DNA of 64,000 nucleotides from Azolla caroliniana (Eukaryota > Plantae > Polypodiophyta). Below are positions 1 to 10,284 of this stretch, piece after piece. Under the pieces are notes generated by a model. The model worked only from the letters and a program-made list of their open reading frames with translations. It made no database searches and was not told the origin of the DNA. Where the stretch lies: the NCBI GenBank assembly GCA_043228905.1, contig JBHGNT010000011.1, forward strand, positions 16,492,001 through 16,556,000. The letters run 5' to 3'. The translations under genes and the position numbers were made by a program. Numbering within the stretch: position 1 is the stretch's first letter; each line of letters starts with the position of its first letter.

Positions 1-156
1 GATTACTTTTGGCCCGATTCAAATACATCAAGGGTGGATTACAACAACACTCACCAATTAAGATTATTAATTTCAAATCTTTGCACACGAAAATGTTACA
101 AATACTATTGCCAACAATCTGGTTGGATATTGGAGTTAAACAAAAGAATCCATAAA

Positions 157-228
157 GGGTTCATAGCTCAGTGGTAGAGCAATCGGCTGCAGTCTGATAG
201 GTCATCAGTTCAATCCTGGTTGGGCCCT
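157..228 (+). tRNA. tRNA-Cys(GCA), best-preserved copy of the array
   Basis: All four stems pair: GGGTTCA/TGGGCCC, GCTC/GAGC, ATCGG/CTGAT around loop CTGCAGT, ATCAG/CTGGT around TTCAATC. U73 discriminator, intact A and B boxes, and TTTT at 248-251. Resembles the plant cytosolic tRNA-Cys GGGTCCATAGCTCAGTGGTAGAGCA...GGGCCCT. Confidence 0.75.
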
Positions 229-2362
229 AAAACAAGAAGAGTAGGTATTTTCATTAACAACACTTACATTCTAAGATTAATAATTTCAAATTGTTACACA
301 CAAATATGCATATGCCTTATGTGTCAAATATTTCAAATCTAAGATGATATCCTTGTGGCCTAAAGCAATTTGAAGAAAGGCACATATTTTATGTGACTTG
401 CACCCATAACTTCTAGCTATAAGAAACACTCTAAGATGATATGAATACTATTGATAAGACCTTTAGGATATTGGAATACATACAACAACGAATAATAGGT
501 GCATAGCTCAGTGGTAGAACAATCGGTCGTAGTGCGGTAAGTCATTAGTTCAGTCTTCCTTGTGCCCTAAATCAAGAAGAGTATAAGTTACCTCGAACAA
601 TATAAGCGATAGTTGAGTTAAACAAATGAATTCACCAAGGGTGGATAGCTCAGTGGTAGAGCAATCGGATGCAGTCTGATAGGTCATTAGTTCAATCCTG
701 GTTGCGCTCTAAAACAGGAAAAGTAAGGATTACCTTTAACAACACTTCCTAGGAATATTAATTGAAATTGTTACACACAAACATGCATAATCATTAGGTG
801 TCGAATGTTTCAAATCTAAGATGATATGAATACTATGGACAAGATGTATTCTTCGATATTGGAATAAACAAAAGAACCAATTATGAGTTCATAGTTCAAT
901 GGTAGATCATTCGATTGCAGTCAGATAGGTCATCAGTTTAATCATCCTTGTGCCCTAAAGCAAGAAGAGTATAGTATAGATTACCTTCCGCATCACATAC
1001 AACCCGAGATTATTAATTTCAAATCTTTGTAAACGAACATGCGTATCCCTTATGTGTTAAATATAACATGATACGAATAGTATTGGCAAGATTCTGGGTG
1101 GATATTGTAATTAAACAAAAGAATCCACCAAGGGTACGTAGCTCAGTTGTAGAGCAATTGGCTATAGTCTGATAGGTCATCAGTTCAATCCTAGTTGCGC
1201 CCTAAAACAAGAAGAGTACCGATTATCTTTAACAACACTTACATCCTAAGAATATTAATTGCAAATTGTTACAGACAAACATGCATATGGCTTATGTGTC
1301 CAATGTTTCAAATATAGATGACATGACTACTATCGATAAAACTTCTTACTAGATATTGAAATAAACGAAGGAAGCAGTCATGGGTGAATAACTGAGTTGT
1401 AAAGCAAACATGCATATGACTTATGTGTCGAAGGTTTCAAATATAGATGACATGACTATTATCGATAAGACTTCTTACTGGATATTGAAATAAACAAAGG
1501 AAGCAATCATGGGGGAATAACTGAGTTGTAAAGCAATCGGCTGCAGTTCGATATGTCGTTAGTTCAATCCTACTTGTGCCCTAAAGCAAGAAGAGTATAG
1601 ATTACCTCCAACAACACTCAAAACCTAAGATTATTAATTTCAAATCTTTGCACACGAACACACGTATCCGTTATGTGTCAAATATAACATAATACAAATA
1701 CTATTGCCAAGAATCTTGTTGGACAAAAGAATCCATCAAGAGTGCATAACTCAGTGGTAGGGCAATTGGCTACAGTCGGATAGGTCATCAGTTCAATCCT
1801 GGTTGCGCTCTAAAACAAGAAGAGTAGGGATTACCTTTAATAACGCTTACATCCTAAGAATATTAATTGCATATTGTTACACACACACATGTATATGCCT
1901 TATTTCTCGAATGTTTCAAATATAGATGACATGAATACTATCAGTAAGATGTCTTATTTGATATTGAAATAAACAGAAGAAGCAATCATGGGTGTATAGG
2001 TGAGTGGTAAAGCAACGTCTTACTTGATATTGAAATAAACAGAAGAAGCAATCATGGGTGTATATGTGAGTGGTAAAGCAACGTCTTACTTGATATTGAA
2101 ATAAACAGAGGAAGCAATCATGGGTGTATAGGTGAGTGGTAAAGCAATCGACTGCAGTTCGATAGGTCGTTAGTTCAATCCTACTTGTGCCCTAAAGGAA
2201 GAGGAGTATAGATTACCTTAAAAAACACTCAGAACCTAAGATTATTAATTCCAAATTTTGCACACGAACATGCGTATCCGTTATGTGTCAAATATAACAT
2301 GATAGAAATACTATTTCCAAGAATCTTGTCAGATATTGGAGTTAAACAAAAGAATCCATGAA

Positions 2363-2434
2363 GGGTGCATAGCTAACTGGTAGAGCAATCGGCTGTAGTC
2401 CGATAGGTCATCAGTTCAATCCTGGTTGCGCCCT
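2363..2434 (+). tRNA. tRNA-Cys-derived copy with anticodon GTA (Tyr), probable pseudogene
   Basis: Acceptor, anticodon and T stems pair; anticodon loop is CTGTAGT; D arm is altered (GCTAACTGGTAGAGC). Confidence 0.55.
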
Positions 2435-2789
2435 AAAACAAGGAGAGTAGGGATTAGCTTTAACAACACTTACATCCTAAGAATATTAATTACAAATTGT
2501 TACACACAAACATGCATATGCCTTATGTGTCGAACGTTTCAAATCTAAGATGATATCCTTGTGGCCTAAAGCAATTTGAAGAAAGGCACATATTTTATGT
2601 GATCTTGCACCCATAACTTCTAATACCTTTCTCTAGGATCCCAAGTTATTCCAAACAATTGTCTCCGTTCCGTAATCCAAATTCTCGAAAAAGAATTCAC
2701 CTTTTGAGGATCTATGTCTAAGACCCAATTTGATCCATCATTTGCAATCACCCTCACTTCTTTATGCAAACAAAACCTAAACAAATTAT

Positions 2790-3995
2790 GTTCGTTAGGT
2801 GTAAAGATTAACCTACCATCATTTTGTACATAAAGAAATGGAAAGTGAATCCACCAGTCGAGGAGGTTGAGGAGGATTGGATCTTGTAAGGCAAGCCTCT
2901 CAAGTGCTTAACATGGGATCCTGTTGAATATACGTGGAAGGGAGAACAAGATAAATCATTAGGTTTCTTCGAATACTCGACGCGCTTGGGGAGAAAGTTA
3001 GGTTGGTATCGTGAGAAGTGTGCCAACAAGTGGGCCCATGTAGGTGTCGATTCAGTCTTCGTGGATAGAACCAGGAGTAGTATATGGAACTCATTCCTTC
3101 CCGAGCGGGTCAAAGTGTTTTGCTGGTTAATCACCCATCGGGCTATTCCAACGGGAGAGTGGCTTGGGTATAGAGGTGGCATGAGTAGTTGCAAGGCCTG
3201 TAGTTCGAGCTTGGAGGACATCGCGCATTGTTTGTGGAGCTACCCACGAGCCTAAGAAATTTGGCTGAGGAGCTTAAGAATCTTCGCTCGGTTCGGGGTT
3301 GAGGTTCATGTATCGAGAGAAAGAATCATTTGGTTGGCCACTGAATCGGTTTCATGGTTTCAAGGGTGGAATGGATGCAAGGAACTGTACAACCAACGCA
3401 AGGAGGTTCATTCTTCCTACATGGACGCTACGTGGACATATGGTTATTAGTGGTCGGCCTTACGGTTTGGCAAGTGTCGGTATCTAGGTGCATGGAGACT
3501 TTCGCAGGTAAGCAAACCCCACCGGCTGAGAATTTAATGATGATCTGGTTTAATCTTATTTCTACGTTACAAGGAGAGTTTGAAAGTCTTCAAGGGCCCT
3601 CTGATGCAAGTGAAGAAGCTAAAGCTCGGTTCCTTCTGAAATGGAGCGGTTCGTCGATGCTGCAGATGGTGGATGGTAAAGCGAAGTGGAATTATCAACC
3701 ACCACGGTGGTTGTTCCCTCCGAGTGTACCTAACATCTAGATGGGTCCTGCCATGAGATGTGAATGGACGACGTCTATGCTGAATTCGGGTTGTATGAGG
3801 CTCACATGGAGAGTATGCATTCAGGTAATGCTATGCGCATCGAATGATGTGGTGTTTTGGAGTTGTTTGTGTTGTTTCCTCTACACATATTGTTTTCTTT
3901 TGCCATGCAAAATGGCTTGTAAGATATGAGTTGTAAATTATCCTACGTACATCGCCTTAACTAATGGAAGTAGTTTTTTTTTTTGGAAAAAAATC
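2790..3995 (+). mobile_element. 5'-truncated L1-type LINE, 3' end (zf-RVT region), degenerate
   Basis: ORF 2986-3255 contains KVFCWLITHRAIPTGEWL...CKAC...EDIAHCLWS, the plant L1 zf-RVT motif. The W/L-rich C-terminal part continues in ORF 3354-3740, and a short A-run lies near 3987-3993. Confidence 0.75.
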
Positions 3996-5729
3996 ATACA
4001 CTCTTGTTCCCCAATATAGGCTTTAACTCCAATTAAAACATCCAATGGAGTAAATAAACCTATCCACTTCTGTGTAGCAGATCCAATTTGCATCTGAATA
4101 TTAGAAAGGGCATTTTGTATTGCGGAATACATTATCTTCCCACCCCTTATATTACTAATCTATAACATTTGTTGATCTATAGGTTTAGACAATAATAAAT
4201 GTTCATACTTATTTTTTGGTGCTTGATTATGTCAATGTCGTAAAGTTTGTATACGCAATAATGTTCAACCTTTGGTTAGTTTTTTTATTGCAAATTCAAG
4301 AGGAACTTGTGTCAAGTCTATGATGTTACTAAAAGGATCGAATACTCTATTTTTTGACATTTACTCTAAAAAATGTTTATTTTATTTGGTATGCGCTAAA
4401 AAAATTACATTTTCCAGTTGACATTTTCGCTTGTGGGAAAGTGGTCGGTCAAAATTTTGAAATCCCAGACAAAGAGAGATTTTGTTATTGTTTTCAAAGG
4501 TCAAATAGGACCTACATGTGAATGTCGGTAGCGACTCTCGATGTTCAATAAATTTACTAAATGTTGAAATCGAGATTACACATTGTGAATGATATGCAGG
4601 ATTTGTAGTCTCTCCTTTATCTTTGCGGTTTACTAGTGAAGAACATGAATATCAAGTATTGTTTCAGGGTTTACAAGATGTGTTCTTCTTGACATACAAT
4701 GGGTTTTGATTTTAGTGAAAGCGATACATCTCTCTTTATTTGACCTCCGAAGACGATAATATAATCTATCTATCTATCTATTTGTGATCGGCATATCCCC
4801 AACCTTGCCACCCACAATACTAACGCCCCACTTATGAGGGCCACCAATGTCTCCAAAAATACTTACGTGCATGTCAATGGCATTATTGATTATCAATGGC
4901 ATTATTGATTATCAATGGTGTTATCAGTCATAATCTACTTTAATGTAGATTAGTTGGCAAATATGCACTCACCCGAATGTCTAAATCTAGATGAGCTTCT
5001 AATGACTTGTGTATGTGTGAATGTGGAAATGTTTCGATGTGCATGTGAATGCGTAAGTGCATATGAATTTTTACTTGTGTTTGTATAAACAAAGTATACT
5101 TCTGTGAACAACATGTTAAGTGTCTGTCATGCATGTGTGTATGTAAGTGTGTTAATGGTGTGTATGTATGTAAGTGTGTAAATGTCTACATGCAATTAGT
5201 TAATGTGTGTTTGTAAATGTGTGAATGTGCCTTTAAATGTAAAATTTGATGGGGGTAGGGGTATCTCATGATTTAGATAAGATGTAGATATATATTTTGT
5301 TGGGAACATATGAAATTTCCTCTCCCTTCTTTTCCTTAGATTCATTTCTAGAGGGAATGGAAATAAGTGAAGAAAAAGAATTGGGGTGTGTGTAGGTTAC
5401 AACCTAGATTCAAGGGGCCAAGTCTAGAGTCAATGTTGTTGAAGTACATGCTTAACATTGAGCATCAATCTTTGGATTTTGTAGTCCTGTATTTACCAAG
5501 ATCATATTCTGCGGTTGTAATAGTTTGATTAAACCTTTGTTTGTGGGAGGGTAGGAAGGATGAAAGTGAGGATTTGTTGGGAGGTATCAATATGAATTGG
5601 ACCTAGTTTAAGTTGTAAAAACTACTACAATTAATACTAACATTAACGTAATTGCAATTGTTAACCCAAAAAGATAGTAAGACACTCTAGCACCACCTCC
5701 ATACAAGAGATCTATTGGGGTCCTTGCAC

Positions 5730-7619
5730 TGTCGTGAAGTTTCGTGCGCGTGTGTTACTTGGGCGGAACCACGAGGGTCTTGGACTAGGGAGTACTTAAG
5801 GGATAGAGAAGACCCGAGGTTTCCTTTACGACAATACTACTTCCCAACCCCTTCCCGAGCAAGGTCTCGTTGCTCTTTGTTTTGTGAGGCCGGTGGCTCT
5901 CGTTGATCACGACTCGTCGACCTTTCGAGATCACCGCACGAGTCAAGTGATCAAACGAGTACAAGCAAGATGAGCATGCAAGATGAACGCACCAGGGGAC
6001 GATAACACAAACACGAATGCATGTACGTCTTTATGAGGAGGAGAGGTGCATGGGCACGCCCGAACGCTCCCTCGTCACAAGACGTCGAACGTACGAGGAA
6101 GACACAAAACACACACACAAATGCACGTACACCTTTATGAGGAGGAGAGGTGCATGGGCACGCCTGAAACGCTCCCTCGTCACAAGACGGTCGAACGTAC
6201 AAGGAAGACACAAACACACGCACAAATGCACGTACGCCTTTATGAGGAGGAGAGGTGCATGGGCACGCCCGAAACGCTCCCTCGTCACAAGACGACCGAA
6301 CGTACAAGGAAGACACAAACACACACACAAATGCTCGTACGCCTTTATGAGGAGGAGAGGTGCATGGGCAAGCCCGAAACGGTCCCTCGTCACAAGACGG
6401 CCGAACGTACAAGGAAGACACAAACACACGCACAAAATGCTCGTACGCCTTTATGAGGAGGAGAAGTGCATGGGCAAGCCCGAAACAGTCCCTCATCACA
6501 AGACGGTCGAACGTACAAGGAAGACACAAACACACACACAAATGCTCGTACGTCTTTATGAGGAGGAGAGGTGCATGGCCACGCCCGAAACGCTCCCTCG
6601 TCACAAGACGACCGAACGTACAAGGAAGACACAAACACACACACAAATGCTCGTACGTCTTTATGAGGAGGACAAGTGCATGGCCACGCCCGAAACGCTC
6701 CCTTGTCACAAGACGGCCGAACGTACAAGGAAGACACGATCAAAGAAAGAAGGAAAGAAAGAAACACGAATGATATCAGCCAAAGAAATAAATATGTGTT
6801 CGATTCCAACGCAAGAGGACACCCTTTATAAAATAGGGTTTGATTACAATGGCAACTTATAGTTAACCACAAGCTCAATCAAAACATAAATACTAAATGC
6901 CCTTAGAGACAAGAGCAAATCCGAACACGACGAAGAAGAACACACAAGCACCACCAAAATGCCAATCCCAACGAACCACAACCAGCCGAACGACGAGCAC
7001 ATGGGCTCACAACGATGAACGGGGCGGAGCAACGTCGAACCAATGAAGCTTGGACTCACGAGCACTTCAAGTGCCGACGCGAAGAAGACGAGCACGTGGT
7101 GGTGTGGGGATGAAGCAGTATGAGATGAAGAGAAGTGGTGAATAAGAAGATGAAGAGCTCCGAAGGAAAATTGGCGATAGTCTCCTCCTCCCAAAAAATC
7201 CTCCCCAATGAGCCCCCCTCGACCTCCTTTTATAGGAAAAAAAGAAGGGGGGTCGCCAATTTTGTCTTCAATGAAAATGGAATAAAATTCCTTAAAGCAC
7301 GCTACATTGTAAGACTAGATTTGAACTGTGCACCCCTAGCTAGTAATCAATGTGACTATCCACTAACTCACTAACTCTCTATTATATAATATATAATTCT
7401 ATCTCTATAGATTCTTAGCCTGTCTCTCCTCTACATTTTATCTCTCTTCTTTCTTACTTTTTGCACGAGCTTCTATGCATCCTTTACACCCTTTCTTTTC
7501 CCTTCTATTTTGCATATGCACAACTAATCGCTTTGGTGTGCACACACATTGCACATGTACATTTTTTACCCCCCCCTTTTGCCGGTTTTTCCCACTCTCG
7601 AGCACGCGACATCACGACA
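5730..7619 (-). mobile_element. Solo LTR of a Gypsy family (same family as 16542-17314 and 18896-19612), enlarged by an internal tandem repeat
   Basis: Ends are TGTCGTGA...TCACGACA. It carries the shared LTR-end motif (RC of CTCCCTAGTCCAAGACCCTCGTGGTTCCGCC at ~5762-5792). Flanks GCAC/ACAC fit a 4-bp TSD with one mismatch. Confidence 0.75.
6005..6737. repeat. 105-bp tandem repeat, 7 copies, inside the LTR
   Basis: TTATGAGGAG recurs at 6031, 6135, 6240, 6345, 6451, 6556 and 6661. Confidence 0.95.
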
Positions 7620-8669
7620 ACACAACCCCCATCATCTATAGCATTGGATAGATCACTCATCCACTATATAAACATGCTTTGAAATCCTTATGAAAATGTG
7701 CTTGAATCAACTCTACACATAGTCACATTTTAATTCATATATAGCCGTAGGCTTTCAATGTTTCTAACTAGTGTCGAGGAAAGGAATTCGATGGAAGAGT
7801 AAGGGAACAAGATTGTTTAAAGCTAGAGCAACGAAATAACCATCTACAATCTTGGAAGGAAGAATTACCAACTACCAATTTCTTTTGCATCTCTTAGTGA
7901 TTGGAGATCACATGTGCTACACAAATGGCAATAACACTAAGATCAATTACATCAAGCCAACATCTATTTTTGTTTTTCTTGGCTTTCGTGTGTAAGTCAC
8001 ACTCCTCTCTTCTTCTCCCTTTGCTATTATAGCCAAGTTTACAACCATGGACAATAACTAACTAGAACCATTCATTGCCTCCGTATAAATGAGACATTCT
8101 ACCAATTGAGCCAATTACTAAGAGAGTCAGCAACTTTGTTTTATGTAGGTCACAAGGAAATCTATCCATTATTTTCATAACCATGTCAATTTTATTTTTA
8201 TTTTTCTTGTTGTTCATTGTGACTAGGTGAGGGTGCACAACTTGTCGGTCTTCTTCCTAGAAATTTCCACAAAGGCATTACCCTTTGCAAAAGTGGACTC
8301 CATGATGATTAATACCTTTGGAGAATTGAACTCCACAATGATCAATACGGTGTAGAATTGAACTCCACGATGATTCATTTCTTCGTGTAATCTTTTCCAC
8401 GAAAAAGAAAATAGTGGGTCCTCTTTTTGTGCACATACCATTGAACTCTTCTTTGTACTGAGCGCATTTCTTTGTACCAGCCAAGTTGTGTCTCTTTTTG
8501 CTCTTGTCTTTGAGCTCCTTCACAAACTCTGCCATACATTCAAAATTACTTATGATAAAAGTTGTGATGTTCTCTTGCTCCAAGAGTGATAGTCGGATTA
8601 GTGTCCTTTTGCCACAAAGAACCTCCATGTCATTTGTCCACAAAGGTGCTACATCTTAGAGAGGTGGTA

Positions 8670-8900
8670 CATACTCTCTTTACGCAGGCAACCCTCTTCC
8701 ATTGATCCCTCTGGTCGTGCTCTTTGATGAACAAACATCTTCAACATGCACATGATTCACTCTACCCAAACCATATAGCAAGTGCTCACTACACCTACAA
8801 GCTCTATTTCATCAATGAGGTGAATCAAAATATGCACTCGAATGTACAAGAAAGGTATTAGGAGTTATTTGTCCATTCAAAACACAAGATCAATCACTTC
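8670..8900 (-). mobile_element. CACTA (En/Spm) transposase remnant, DUF4218-like
   Basis: Minus strand reads VHILIHLIDEIELVGVVSTCYMVWVE*IMCMLKMFVHQRARPEGSMEEG, matching the CACTA motif HL.IHL..E....GP...RWM...ER....LK..V.N.ARPEGS.AEGY. Several stops. Confidence 0.7.
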
Positions 8901-9129
8901 CTTCTTCCTTTGTGATATTTCACTCCTAGAAATTTCCTTTAAATGTTAAATTTGATAAGGGGGGTTGGGGGTATCTTATGATTTAGATAAGGCGTAGATA
9001 TATTGTATATTTTGTTTGGGAGGGTAATAAGTGAAGAAAAAGAATTCAGATGTCTAGGGTAAAACTAGGATTGGGGGGCCAAAACTAGGGTCAATATTGT
9101 AGAAGTGCATGTTGGACATTGGGCATCAA

Positions 9130-10275
9130 TGACACTCCTCTCTTCTTCTCCCTTTTCTATTATAACCAATTTTACAACCATGGACAATAACAGACTAGAA
9201 TCGTTGACTCCCTTAGTGCAAACAAGGTGCGCTATTGACCCGAGCATGTCAACAACTTTGTTTTTGTAGCTCGCATGGAAATTTGATCATTCTTTCTACA
9301 ACCAAATCAATGTGTTGGACTCCACGATGCTTCATAACTTTGTAGAATCATTTCCACAAAGAAGAAAATAAGACACTCTCTTGCTCATGTCATCGCAATT
9401 TGGAGATTCTCGCCAACAAATACCAGGGTCTCTTTTAACGCACACATACCATTGAGTTGACTTTAGGTGTTAGCACCAAGTGCACTACTTTGTATTAGAA
9501 TAGTTGTGTATCTTTCTAATTGTCATTCAAGTCCTTCACAAACTTTGCGATACATTTAGAGTTCCCTCCCCTAATTAGGCTAACATCATCCTAACTACGA
9601 AAGCGAAGGTGTTTGTGTACACGTGGAACTCTTTCTCCCATTCTCACGACATTAGTATGGCTGCCTTTGTGAGGCATTCTTTGAGGAACACGAAGGTTAT
9701 AGTGCATTCCTCTATCCATGTGTATTTCTTAAATAGGGCATAACGGGGTCATGCTTTTTTGGCAAACATCTTGATGAATGGTCGGTAATATCCTACATAG
9801 CACACGAACCCTTGGAGCTATTTTTCATTATTTATGTGCAACATTTCGAGGATAATTTGGAACTTAGCCTCATTTGTGGATATCCCATTCTTTGGTACCA
9901 CATGGCCAAAGATGCACCCATGTTTTACCCTAAACTAGCACTGGATGGTGTTAATGGAGACATGATATGAATCCTTGCAATTTTTGATCGTGGTGCACAA
10001 CCGATGGAGGTGTTCATTCTACTCTAAATGGCAACATAAGTCATCGACATATGTTTCTACACCATATCCAAGGTTAGATGCAAAGATATGGTTTCCTCCC
10101 CATTGATAGGTGATTAAAGCACTTGCCAGACCAAAGGGCATCTGCTTGTAAACAAACATACCAAATTTTGTGACGAAAGTGGTTTTATGTTGATCCCTGG
10201 GAATTTGGTTGTATTTGGATAAGCCATCCATAAAACTATAAGCTTTTTTCTCAACTGCCCTTTCTAATAGATGTT
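9130..10275 (-). mobile_element. Degenerate Ty3/Gypsy pol (RT-RNase H) remnant
   Basis: ORF 10019-10231 reads DGLSKYNQI..DQHKTTFVTKFGMFVYKQMPFGL...YVDD (RT core). The segment at ~9131-9300 is duplicated at ~7999-8170. Confidence 0.75.
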
Positions 10276-10284
10276 CGAAATATG

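Larger units (their letters stand above)
1..2556 (+). repeat. tRNA-Cys(GCA)-derived tandem array, block 1 (9 full-length copies and 3 truncated 5' halves); probably continues left of the window
   Basis: 72-nt tRNA-like units start at 157, 497, 639, 885, 1132, 1511, 1740, 2122 and 2363; 5' fragments start at 1382, 1990 and 2056. The ~170-nt spacers are conserved (AAGAAGAGTA..GATTACC..AACAACACT..AACATGC(A/G)TAT..TTATGTGTC..AATACTAT..GATATTGGA..AAACAAAAG). Confidence 0.95.

Noticed and set aside
5951-6878. Long overlapping ORFs on both strands
   Set aside because: By-product of the 105-bp tandem repeat within an LTR.
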